NCBI GenBank assembly: GCA_046563655.1
Contig: CM102287.1
Location: forward strand, 9,920,001-9,984,000
DNA length: 64,000 nt
Direction of reading: 5' to 3'
Source: Yuukianura sp. NJ FZ-2021
Lineage: Eukaryota
The translations under genes and the position numbers were made by a program. The notes under the pieces are model-generated. The model saw nothing but the letters and a program-made list of their open reading frames with translations, did no database searches and was not told the DNA's origin. Positions 1-11,312 of the stretch are shown one piece after another. Numbering within the stretch: position 1 is the first letter of the stretch; each line of letters starts with the position of its first letter.

Positions 1-197
1 TTAGTACAATTTGAAATCTAAATTTAACAGAAACGCCCGAGGCGTTTTCAAATTTCTTTGGATTGCATTAGAGGAGTATTCTATTTACCTTGGGATTGCA
101 TTAGATTTTTTTACCTCCCCAAACCAGCAGGTACCCATTTTTCAAAAGTTGAAATTTTGAAAAGTTCCTATAACACCGATTTTGAAAAGTCGAAATT

Positions 198-428
198 TTG
201 AAAATGTACAACAACATTAGTTGTAGTGAAGTTAAGAATCTGAAGAAACTAATAGTCAGCGTGGCAGTACTATGGTTTGATATTACGGAAGAATTGGACA
301 GGTTAAGAGAGGGCATGTCGTCGCCTCAAGATTTCGAGTCATTCTATACGGCAAAAACGAACAAACGAGTTGTTGAAAAGTTATATGTACAGCTTAAGAA
401 CGTCGTAGGAAGAGTTAACGAAGAATAA
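198..428 (+). CDS. Possible small orphan ORF or last exon of a gene starting before the window
   Basis: 76-aa ORF with helical/charged character, followed by AT-rich DNA and AATAAA near 506; no recognisable domain. Confidence 0.25.
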   Translation: MKMYNNISCSEVKNLKKLIVSVAVLWFDITEELDRLREGMSSPQDFESFYTAKTNKRVVEKLYVQLKNVVGRVNEE

Positions 429-560
429 GATTTACAAAACCTAATTTTTTATAAAAGATTAGCCTCATTTTGTTTTCGTTTTACAGTTAAAACGTTTACT
501 TTTAAATAAAATTTTTACGTAAACTCATTTTGAAGAGCGTGCAATTTCTAAAAATTTACA

Positions 561-1516
561 CTACGGTTGATTATGGTGAGTTTCTGGCGTTTTTTTGTTA
601 GGGTCAGCCGGGGTCACTGGATTTGTGTCCACTTTGACTTGGTTGATGGATTCCAGTTGTTCTGGAGGAATGTTGGCCTGTGATTGGTCCAGATTTGCCT
701 CCGAAGGCGGGGCATTCGTTGGCTGTACTGCACTGCGAGTCTTCTTCAGCTTGATGTCCTTGATGAGCAGAAACATGAGCACTGCGTCCAAAATTCGAAA
801 TGCCAAGATGACGCCAAGCATTCCCCAGTAAGCCACTTTTTCCAAAGCCGTGACATTGCCGAACGTAAAGATGTAGCTGCATGGCACAAAGTTCAGCACG
901 GTAATCACAACAATCACGAAACACCAAGCACGACCCATTGTGTGGTTTTCCTGAAACAAAAACAAGGCCAAAGGTCAAAAGTTTTTCCAAAAAAAAAAGT
1001 TTGAAGTGTTACCTGCCAGCCAGCAAAGGTGTAGACAATGTACACCATGACAGAGAGAGTGAAGATGATGACTTGCCAAGTCCAAAAAATCACTAAAATG
1101 AAACATTTTTTCAACAAACGGTTTCAAAATTTTGAAATTCCAAGATGACCTTTGACCTCTGCGTGGACTTACCACGAACAGTGACCCCAATGACTTCGTG
1201 CAGGCGCTCTTGGACATAATCTTTGGTGAAGGTGGAGGACGGTTTTGTACAATTGTCATGGATTGACAGCGCTTCCTTTTCAGTGTCCCGTTTTTTTTCG
1301 GCGTTAGACAGGTACACGGCAGACACAATCGTCAGAATGACATAGAGGAGCTGGAAGGTCAAATCAAAATTTTGAAAACCGAAATTTTGAAAAATGGATT
1401 TTTAAAATTTTGAAACTCACCAAACCCAGTCCTCCGGCGATCATCACCCATTGACCCTTGGTCAACTGCGACAGCGATTTCCGTTTCCTCTTCGGCAGTG
1501 TTTTAGGTGGAGCCAT
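561..1516 (-). CDS. Four-exon, ~4-TM membrane protein (tetraspan/LAPTM-like topology), copy A
   Basis: Hand-spliced exons 1516-1421, 1350-1173, 1092-1013, 950-561 with GT..AG introns, phases 0/1/0 and an open frame: MAPPKTLPKRKRKSLSQLTKGQWVMIAGGLGL|LLYVILTIVSAVYLS...|VIFWTWQVIIFTLSVMVYIVYTFAGWQ|ENHTMGRAWCFVIVV...; four hydrophobic segments. Confidence 0.75.
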
Positions 1517-1831
1517 TTTTAAAGTTTAGAAAATCCTAAAAATCTTAGAAGAGTTTCTAAAAAATTTCGAAATTCTAAAATTCACTTCCAAAGGTTGAGT
1601 GAAAAGACACTTTGCGTTTGATAGAAAAATGAAAATGGATAACTGTTGCGTGTTTGCCAGGACATAAAAAAGTCAATAAAATGTTATTTTTAAACAAAAT
1701 CAAAGAAACTCGTGAGAAATTGTTGGTTGCTACGACAACAACAACCAATGGGAAACGGAATTTGGTTTCTGAAATGATCTGGTATGGTTTTGGCTAAACC
1801 AAATCTGGTACAAAACCAGAAATTTTGGTAA

Positions 1832-2662
1832 CTACTGCTCAAGTTGGTTCCTAGCTATGAATCTGTCCAGAATTTCTTGTCTCAGCGCTGCTTCCTGTTC
1901 ATCTGACCAGATTTCTGTCGTGAATGCTGACACAACCGTGATTTCCAAAATCGATCGAACAACGTTCCAAGTCAAACTGTAGAAGTCCAGTTGCGGATAA
2001 ACCATCAACAGAGCAGTTAAGTTCAATGTTGTCATCCACAACAGCCACTGGTGACACTTCGGGGCAGTGAACTCGTTTTTCTAAAAAAAAAAGTGTCAAG
2101 GTTTTCAAAAGTTTGAACTTTAAAAAAGGTAAAAACGATTTAAAAACGATTAGTACCTGCCCTATCCCGTTGGCCAAAAACATTCCCAGGGCACAGCAGA
2201 CGGCTTGGTAGGCAGTACGACAGGCAAAAGGCATAACTGTTTGGACAAAAATGTTAAATTAAATGTTAAGTTTGAGTTAATTGTTAAGTTAGATGTTAAC
2301 TTTTAGTTAATTGTTAAGTTAATTAACTTACTTAAGTAATCGAGAGCTTCTGAAGGAGTCTTGATTTGTCTGATTTCGCTGTTTTCAGTGGAGTAGGTTT
2401 GCCGATGACGACTTTCCATGAACCATTCCTTGAAGTGACGAACAGTCAAGTATCCACCGGTAGCCTGTCGAAGTTCAAAATCCAAAATTCAGAAATTTTA
2501 AAAAATTTTTAAAACTTTTGAGAAAAAGTGTCTTACGAAGTGGTACAAGGCTACGATGAAAGCCAGCGTTTCTAAGCAACTTGTAGTTTGTCGATGAAGC
2601 GGAATGTTTTGACGGTAGCCCAGAGGTGGAGGTGGAGCGTTTCGGCGGAACTGATTCAACAT
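1832..2662 (-). CDS. Four-exon, ~4-TM membrane protein, copy B (diverged paralogue of copy A)
   Basis: Exons 2662-2537, 2464-2332, 2236-2157, 2080-1832, GT..AG, phases 0/1/0; MLNQFRRNAPPPPLGY...LAFIVALYHF|ATGGYL...|MPFACRTAYQAVCCALGMFLANGIGQ|KNEFTAPKCHQWLLWMTTLNL... Confidence 0.7.
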
Positions 2663-3053
2663 GTCAACGATTGATTGATTGACTCAACGAATTTGAAAAA
2701 AAAAGTTTTTCAAAATTTTGAAAACGGTGTTTTCAAGTTTGTTTAAAAAAGAGTAGCTGTTTGACATTGCAGTGTACTAAAGCAGTTTCCATAAGAAATG
2801 AAATTGAAAAATTGACTTGTCTCCTTTCTTTTTAATTTTGCATGACATGACCTTGCAACGTTGGTTTTTGAATCGCTGAAAATGTTGGAAGCGCTCAACG
2901 CTTGAGATACTTGTTATCACACTAAGTTAAATTAACGTAAACGTCAACGAAACGGTAACGTTTACAGCAAAAGTTCAACGAAAAAGATTCAGTGGGGATC
3001 GGATTACTACGTTTGACTTGGAAATAAATCGTCGTGGTGTCGTCGTCGTCTTT

Positions 3054-3627
3054 TTAGTGGGGTTGGGCTGGCTGTATCGCTGGTTTCGGTTTCCGTCCAA
3101 CAACGAATTCTTGGTACATTGAGTACAGGACCCCCAAGGTCACTGCGCCCACAACTGCCCCTTGGGCCATCAGTCGAGTATGGATGAGGTACACGGACAC
3201 TTTCGTATTGCCTCGGTTCTTGAACTGACGGGCCGAATAGGCCAGAGCCGCTATACCACCAGCGATTCCTATCGATTAAAGTAAAATTATGCATTAATAT
3301 ATTATTTCAATCATACTTTTATCAATAGTTGACCTTTGACCTTCTACAGTGACATTCTACTCACTCTTGTACTTGTTACAGTATTATCATTGCATAAACG
3401 ATTACTCAAACTGATTACTCACCTATAGGAAACATTGGGTTTGACTTGATTTTTGCCATGAAGGAATTGTCCGTTTCCTCTTGCACTGGAACGTAGCCAT
3501 AATCCGGTACCTAAAGCAGCATTCAATACCAACAATCGTTACAATTTGGTCAAAATTTTACAAAAACTATGCAATTTTGAAACTAATTTAGCATTTTACT
3601 AAAACTTACCCCTGTAGGAAGAGCCAT
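3054..3627 (-). CDS. HIGD1A: HIG1 domain family member 1 (mitochondrial hypoxia-inducible protein)
   Basis: Exons 3627-3610, 3510-3423, 3268-3054 (321 nt) give MALPTGVPDYGYVPVQEETDNSFMAKIKSNPMFPIGIAGGIAALAYSARQFKNRGNTKVSVYLIHTRLMAQGAVVGAVTLGVLYSMYQEF..., matching the HIGD1 pattern PIGIAG...RGNTKxSxxLIHxRxxAQGxVVGA. This frame is absent from the ORF track. Confidence 0.92.
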
Positions 3628-4234
3628 AACGTTGACGTTGAGTGAGATTGACCAATTGACAAACAGGCTGTAACTGTAGAGTCTAGACGAACGTTTCTTA
3701 CTGAATCAAAATAAACTGAATGGGCAAACAAGCTGACCTTTGACCTTTCCAATAAAACTAAGGTCAAATTTATGAATTACTTAATTGATTTTTGAGACGA
3801 GTTGCACTGCACGTACGCCTTTCTTCAGTGACAGCTGAAAGCCAAAAGGACCTTCAGCACAAAAAAAAATTCTCTCCTCACATGCTTTTCCTTTACGTCA
3901 CCCATTTCTATCTTGTACTTTTCCATACAGACATGCAGGGTTCTCACGTGACAATTGGAAAATTAATCAAACATTAACCTAATTAACAATTAACAATTAA
4001 CAATGAACAATTAAATTTAACACTTTCAATTAACTGGGTCAACATATTTATTAAACTGAGTTATAGAAACTTAGGACTTACGACGTCAACTGGACAACGG
4101 ACGACGTTTCATGGACGTCACGGGGATGACCGATTGAAGTTGACATAGTCGCCATGACATAAGTGACAAGTCAATTGGTTGACGAATGACATCGGCGACG
4201 AGGTCAAGTGACCTCGTATAAGTTGACCTCGAGG

Positions 4235-6161
4235 TCACAGAATTGGCGAAACATAGTCAGAGTCATCTTCCTTCTTCTTTTTCACTCCAGGTTTGGTTCC
4301 AGGCGTTCTGGAAGGCTTGACGACCATGGCCGCTGCTCTGGCAGCGGCTTCCGCCGCTTCTTTTTCTTCAACCTTCATCATCCATTCTTCTTCATGATCA
4401 AAAAAGAAGATCGTGTCTTCTCTTTCTTTCAAATCCTTCTTGATTTGTTGATGTTGCAACAGCAGTTGAATTTCCTTGAATCGCTCAATTTGTCTATCCA
4501 GCTCCACTAGTCTCTGCTTCTCCCAATCTTCATACAGTTTTTCCATTTCTGATACTTCTTGGTCACTCCTCTGAGTTATGGCTGAATCCAACTGTTCAGT
4601 GACCTTTGACACCAAAGTGACCTCTGATGTAGTGAATTTGGATGTTTGCAAAAGTTCCTTGACTCGTGGAATTGGTTCAGATGTTTGAGAATTCCAGTTG
4701 AGCCGGTCAAATGCTGCTGCAACCTCGGCTGGTTCCGGATTCATACCGATGACTGGACGTAGATTTGGTTTGGCCAGTTTCTTATCCGGAGAACCCTCGA
4801 TTTGCGCTAGTCGAGCTTCAGCAAGTGCTTCAACTTTTTTCAACTAAAAAAAAACAAAATTGGTTAACTTTTTAGAAAATGTAAAAAATGTGAGATTGGA
4901 CGTACAACTTCGGAGTAAATCGGCTTCTTTGTGTCTCGAAGATGACTGAGACGCTGTTCCAATTTGAGCCATTTATCATACAAGGCCCAACCGTAAACTT
5001 CAACTGAATTTGCAAGAACTTCGTCTTCCTGAATTTGGAGTCCAGCGTAGGCTAAAGTCTTGCCAACTATTGACTGTGGCTCCGTAAGTTCAAAATGGTC
5101 ATCAAAATATGGATTTCGTAAAAACTTGACACGGTACTTGACCTGCGGAAAAAATTCAAGGTCAAAAAATGTCAAAAGACAAACTTTTTTTTCTTACTTC
5201 TTCCTTGTTATCATCTTCTGCTTCCGGTTCTTGTTCCCAAGCTCCAACTGGAACATCGGTTTCCAGTAACTTGAGGCAAGAAAGAATTGCAAAGAATTTT
5301 GTAGTCGGTGGCCCAAAATCTTCTTGTAACATCAGCAATCCAGCGACCTTGGCAGAATCTACGAGAAACTGGAAAAGTGAACCTCGACGGAACAAAAATA
5401 CTGGAACGTAAACGAATTTAAAACGTTACCTTTGTAGTTGCCTTCACTTAGGAACTTGTCCATGAGGAGATTAGCGGTGTAGTAGTCTAGAAAGACACCG
5501 TAATTCATCCGATCGTTGAGAATTCTAAACAACATGTCTGTTTTGTCAAGATGAACAAGAGTTCTTATGAAGGCATGAGAAGTGGATGGGAGAGTGTCAA
5601 TTGCAGATGGAGATTTCCGAAGTCTGTAGATCAATTCCTCCATTTCTTCCAGATTTTCTTCTTCAGTGACTTTGTTGACGTACTGCAAAAAAAAAAAATT
5701 AGTATTTCATGTGTCGACTCTCCTAAATAATATATTTTTGTGGATTTGAAAGCTAACCAAGTCAACGTCAATGGGACTAATGACTTTGTCTGGCTGGTAC
5801 TTCAAGTCCATTTGGTAAAACATGTCCTCTGCAAATCAGGAAATCAAACAATCATCAATTCACAATGTGAATTTCACATTACTTCAAAGCAATCACAATT
5901 AGTATTAGTGGTCATACCGAGTTCCACTTTTCTGAGAATCGGTGTGTCCAGCCTTCCTTCCCATTTCTGTTGACACAAATATGTCGGTGGTAGTTTGGGA
6001 CCAAGAGAAGTCTTTCCAGTTTCAGATTCCGTCGACTGGAATGTTGGACAGGACAAACTGAGTTTACGAATGGAATAACCATGGTGGCAGTTTTGATGTC
6101 GCTGCAATGTAATGGCAGCAAAGCATCCTCGACGCATTAATCCTCCTAACTTCCAATTCAT
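4235..6161 (-). CDS. MRPS27: Mitochondrial small-subunit ribosomal protein S27 (PPR-like)
   Basis: Exons 6161-5918, 5828-5758, 5682-5430, 5358-5198, 5142-4906, 4843-4235 (~524 aa); motifs SPIDVDL, LPSTSHAFIR, NYGVFLDYYTANLLMDKFL, VKFLRNPYFDDHFEL..IVGKTL; basic N-terminal presequence. Confidence 0.88.
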
Positions 6162-7318
6162 CGTTCAGTCTATCTGAAACAAAAAAGAGAAACTTTTTAC
6201 AACAATCGATGCAAATTAGAAAAATTGAAGTCTTACATTGAATTAGTACCTGAGGTCAACTGATAAGTGCCGCCTTGTAGGACACTGGACAGTAATCAAT
6301 CGCTTCTAGTAATCCATTAGTTTCTTAATTAATCTGGATTATCCGTAATCTTAATTAAAAACTTATTAACAATTGATCAATCATGGTGCATTGAACAATT
6401 CACAAAACATTCATCGGTGCGGTCAGATTTATGTTACTATGTATTGTTATTTGTTTTTGTTCCATGATTTTCGCGCTAAGTAAAACAGTCCCACTCGTGC
6501 AATTTTTAACCTAGCGAATTTAGGAACAATAGTCGCTGTTGTTCTCAAATTTCTTAAAATTTGTACTTTACTTGACCTTTGACGTTGAACTGACCTCAGA
6601 GGTCAATTGAAAATTTTGATCAGGACCCTTTGAGGGTACTTTGGAGAGTCTAGAGCCAGTAAGTAATTGAAGTGGTCGTAACATGGCGGCAGACCGGCTG
6701 GAGATTTGAAAAAGTCCATCGTGTGTGGCTCCTTGGCCAAGTGCCAAGAGGTGTACACTTGATTCCACAAGGGTACTTAAGGGCCCTTAAAAAATTCAGG
6801 TGTGAGATTCAGGTGAACAAAAAAAGAAAAGTTTTTTCTTTCAAAATTCTAAAAAAATGGTTCAGATTAGAAGCCAAAAGTGTGATTTTCATTTAGGACA
6901 AGTGCCCTCAAGGGCCCTACTTGTCACTTGTCACCTTACTAAGCCTATTGTCTGTAGCCTTATGCTTTATATTTAGTAAGAATCAAATTTTGAGTACCCT
7001 TAAGGGTCCTCACTTCCAGAAACTCTATTTGCGACACTTCGATGGTCATTGTCTTCTCGACGCTTCACTTAAACGGAGGTTGAAGCACTTCCAAGTCACT
7101 TACAGAACACAAAAAATGGAACTAGTGCAAAACTCAGCTTCAAAGGTACATTGTTCGACAAGCCAGTTTACTTATTAATTTATTTTGTTTTAATTGCAAT
7201 TTTATTCTAAATTACTTTTTTACATTAGTTGAACAAGCACAAATTAAAAAACTCGAAAGCATGTTGTAATTTTTTCATTTAAAAAATCTTTGTGGGATTT
7301 CAGGCAGTAGCGTCGGGA

Positions 7319-7878
7319 ATGAGTGAAAGAACAGCGAGATTTATGCGGGTAAGTTCAAATCGCTGATTTAGTTACATTGTTGTTAATTATAGTAATTAAT
7401 TAAATTAAAACTAATTTAAACTTAGAATAATTCAAACGTAATTGAAATTGGCAGTTGTTTGCTGAGAGACCGTTGGGTGCTGCAGTGGAGCTGGAGCTGC
7501 GTGACTCCAGTCAGCGTCCCGCTGGAATCGAGAATCCGTTTGTGATCACAACACTGATCGCTGGAGTGGGCGGAGTCACGCTCACAATCATCATAATGCT
7601 CAGCATCTGGATTCTGAGGAAAGCAGCAGTCAGAGGTCAAAGGTCAAGGTCAACTGAAAGGTCGGCAGAGGAAGGACAACGTCACACTGTCACAAACACA
7701 CAAACTCAAATTTCAAAATGTGCTGACCCTGCTGACCTTCCAAGAGCGTCAAATCAGTCACAACTTCCAAAATGGCCTAAAGAAACTCCAGGTAAAACAC
7801 GATTTTCAAAAATCTGTCCAAAGATTTTCAAAAATTCCAAACTAAAGTTTCTGAAAAATCTCTCTTTTTACAGTTTAA
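7319..7878 (+). CDS. Small single-pass membrane protein, unknown family
   Basis: Exons 7319-7348, 7455-7791, 7874-7878 (GT..AG, in frame); TM segment FVITTLIAGVGGVTLTIIIMLSIWIL followed by RK. Confidence 0.55.
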
Positions 7879-8073
7879 ACCAACTAACCAGTTGAATTTG
7901 GAGAACAATGCAAAATCCAAAAGCCCGAGTTTATAAATTTTGGAATTTTAGTTTCAAACTTTAGTTCTATTTTTAATATTTATTAAAAATTGATTGATAA
8001 GTTTAGTTAATAAATATAAGGAACGTTGTTAACAAACTTTATCAAAAAATCTTAAAATTTCGAAATTTTGGTT

Positions 8074-8337
8074 CTAACTTTTTTCGAAATCGTCCAGATA
8101 AGGAATGATGATGGTTGAAATTTGGTTGACCTTTGACATGACCGTGGCTGTCCAAGTATCTCTTCGTTTCCTTTTGGCATTTGTGTTGAGCACTTCTGGA
8201 AAAACGATTAGCAGAAAAATGAACGCCACAAAAATCACGACGGCAAAAATGAGTGCCAATTTTAAACAGTCCACAAGAAACTGATTTCCAGACACATTCA
8301 AAAACCAAGGTCTCGAACGGACTTGTTCCACTTCCAT
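8074..8337 (-). CDS. Small single-pass membrane ORF, unknown
   Basis: 87-aa ORF with AAATGG start context, TM segment LALIFAVVIFVAFIFLLIVF and a basic patch KRKRR. Confidence 0.4.
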   Translation of the reverse strand: MEVEQVRSRPWFLNVSGNQFLVDCLKLALIFAVVIFVAFIFLLIVFPEVLNTNAKRKRRDTWTATVMSKVNQISTIIIPYLDDFEKS

Positions 8338-8682
8338 TTACAAATTTTTCGAAATTTTGGAAAAAATTTGAAACTGAAAATCTTAGATCTCAAAATGGAT
8401 ATCCGGAGACAAGACGCTCAGAATAAAAAGTAGGATTTGCAGAGCCGAATTTTTGAAAAATTTAGTTTCAAGTTCTTTTTCTTTTGTTTTTAGTTCAATG
8501 AGATTTAAATTTAAAAAATTTTAATTGCCCAGCAATTATTTTTTTGGTTTACAGTTAGTTTTTAGCAAAGTTTTGTTTTTGAGGCCTTTCGTTTCTGTTT
8601 GAGATTCTGCGAAACCTAAATTATTGCTTTGTTAGCATAAAATGAAAAAGAAGTTTTTTGAAATTTTTTGAAATTTTGAAAA

Positions 8683-10570
8683 TTAGACTTTGAGGGATTT
8701 AGGATCGAGTAAAATTTCAGCGGTGTCGGTTGCTTGTGCTTGTGCTAACGCTGCTGCAGCAGCTAAGCGCTCTTGCTGCAGTCGCTCCAGACGCTGATTG
8801 AGCTCCATCTGGTGAGCACGGTGGGCTTGGGCCATTGACCTTGACATCTCACTCTCAAACTCATCTTCGTCGCTAGAATCTTCTGGAAGGTCAAAGGTCA
8901 AAGTCAAAGGGTCATGGGTTAATGGTTAAAAGTGAAGGGTTAATTCTGCGAGGGTCAAGGGTTAACGTACCGATGAAGTTAGGTACGGTAGACTGAGCTC
9001 GTTGAGTTGTTTGAGAAGATTGACCCGATTGACCCGTCAAGGTCACTCGTGGGGTAAAAGGCTCCACCCCTTTTTGTTGTTTAGTGTTTGTGTTACTCGT
9101 GTGCCCATTCTGGGGTACCATACTACTTCCAGCCACCACTTTAATGCTCTCAGAGGCAGTCAATTTCGAACGTCTTCAAAAAATTCAAATTCAAATTAAA
9201 AAAAAAATAATGCAAAATTTTGGAAATTTTTGGAAATTTTAGTGGTTTACCTTATCTTTGGCCATTGAAATAACCTGGGGCAGGTACATTGCATAATCTT
9301 GTACACTACGCAAGTGAGTCCCACCAAACACAAAATAGGACCAATCAGCTTCAGCTCTAAAGTTTTGAATCCTTGGACACAAAAACTCGAAAAAATTTCA
9401 AATTTTTTTCAAAATTGTTCAAAAAATTTTGCTTTCTAAAAGATTTACCTTTATCACCCAATCCAACAAACGTTATAACAGATCCCATGCACACTGAAAA
9501 AATATTTCAAAAATACACGCCTTTTGAAAAACAGTCAAATTTCGCTTAACAGGTTTCGGAGATCTCGTAGGTGCTTGGGGCATTTGAAGAGTATTGATAT
9601 TTTTCCAAATTTTTGAAACAACAAAATTTTCAAAATTTTGAACAAAATTTGAAATTTGAGCATACCTAAAACAAGGCCAATGTAGACAACGGAGTATGAC
9701 TGCTGTGATTCGAAATTTCCATCTGGTTCGCTCCCATCGAAGGACTGTGACAGAAGCTGCGAAAATGAAAACAAAAATTATCTCGAGGATAATTTCGGGA
9801 TAATTTGATCAAAATTATCCCACTTTCGATAATTTGACTTAGATTTTTTACCTTGGTTGTTTTTTGAACAAATTCAGTTTTACTGTTAGATTTTTTGAGA
9901 GAAGTTGGTGACTTTCGGCTAAGGTCAACAGACGAGTCAAAACCATCTTTACTTGCACTGTTGTACACAACCTACACAAGAATAAACATCAACTACTACA
10001 ACAAACAACTAACTTCAAGGTCAAAGGTCACGCACCAAAAAACAAAAAAGTCTTCCAAAACTTTTTTCATAATTTCGAAAACCGAAATTTCGGTTTTTAC
10101 CCAGTTCGGCCGGAACTGTGGGAACGGAGCTATAGAGACATAAGCTAAATGCGGAATCAGTTCCGCCGCTGCTCCTACTGCATTTTTCTTTTGTTTCTTC
10201 TCCTTCACACCAACTTTCTTCTTCAACATGGACGCAATCACAGCCGCCATTTTCAAATTTTAGCAAAGGTCACGAGGTCACACAAGCACAAAACTCAAAC
10301 TCAAAGGTCAAAGGTCACACCGACTTTTTACAAAAAACACAAAGACAGAGACAGAAAACAAAAACAAGAACTTTCTCTCCTCATCTCATCTTTCACTTTT
10401 TAGAAATACTGTTTTTGCAAACTTTTTTTGCGACTTTTTTTTTGCAAATTAAAAATTGCAAAGATTGAACTCACCTCTGCCAAGCTTTCTTCTCGATTGG
10501 CCTCTGCACTTTCGTTTCTTTTGCGCTCACGCTCTTTTCGCGTTCGGATGATCGCCCCTGCCAGGGCCAT
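8683..10570 (-). CDS. TMEM200-like two-TM protein with two candidate first exons
   Basis: First exon 10570-10475 or 10250-10101, then 9971-9852, 9756-9666, 9493-9449, 9371-9251, 9173-8971, 8882-8683, all in frame; core VVYIGLVLVCMGSVITFVGLGDKGFKTLELKLIGPILCLVGLTCVVYKIMQC is a TM-loop-'KLIGP'-TM hairpin resembling TMEM200-type proteins. Confidence 0.7.
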
Positions 10571-10859
10571 TGTTGCAAAAATTCACAATTTAAGAATTCC
10601 GTGGTTTTTGCAAATCTTGTACTCAGAAGGTCACACACACACAGGAAAACAGTTTTGCAAAAAAAGTAATCCGTTTTTTGCACAAATTTTTGCACGAATA
10701 GAAATATGGATCAATGTCAAGAAAAAATTGGCGTGTAAAGTTGGAGGAGCTCCGTCCAGGAAGAAATTCAGAGTCCAAGTTAGGCCGTATGGACATAATA
10801 GTGTGAGAGAAAGCAAAGACTGCTCTACTGCACGCTAGGCAAAGTGAAAGTTTAAGTTG

Positions 10860-10879
10860 TCGGTTGCCATGGCAACCGA
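10860..10879. promoter_or_regulatory. Perfect RFX X-box palindrome
   Basis: TCGGTTGCCATGGCAACCGA, a 20-bp perfect palindrome containing the canonical X-box GTTGCCATGGCAAC, between divergent genes. Confidence 0.7.
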
Positions 10880-11312
10880 TACAATCCAAACAAAAGAGAG
10901 TTTCAAAATGTTTGCAAAAATTGGCACACATGCAAAAATAATGGATCTCCGGACTCGGACAAAACCATGCTCCACTGCTAAATTATTTACACTCCCTCAT
11001 GTCCTTGGTTCCTTGCTCCTTCATCAAAATCAAAACAAGGTTTTTCCAAAAACTTGCAAAAAACGCAAAGGATTTTGGTTTTTAGCTCTTTTTTAAAAAA
11101 AAATTGAAGTTTTTCTCAAAAAATTCTTTGGTCAGTTTAACGCCATCCATCAAATTAAAAGTGAAAAGTAGCCATGACGTCCATAGAAGAAATAAAACTT
11201 TTTTGTTATGGAATTGAAACTGAACATGCCAAAATTTCAAAAATTGGAATTTTTTTTTTTCAAAATTTTAAAATTATGTAACACTTTTAGGTTTTAGAAA
11301 AAGTGGGCAGAT

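Noticed and set aside
3007..3294. 95-aa ORF from the ORF track
   Set aside because: Wrong frame; the spliced HIGD1 frame explains this region.
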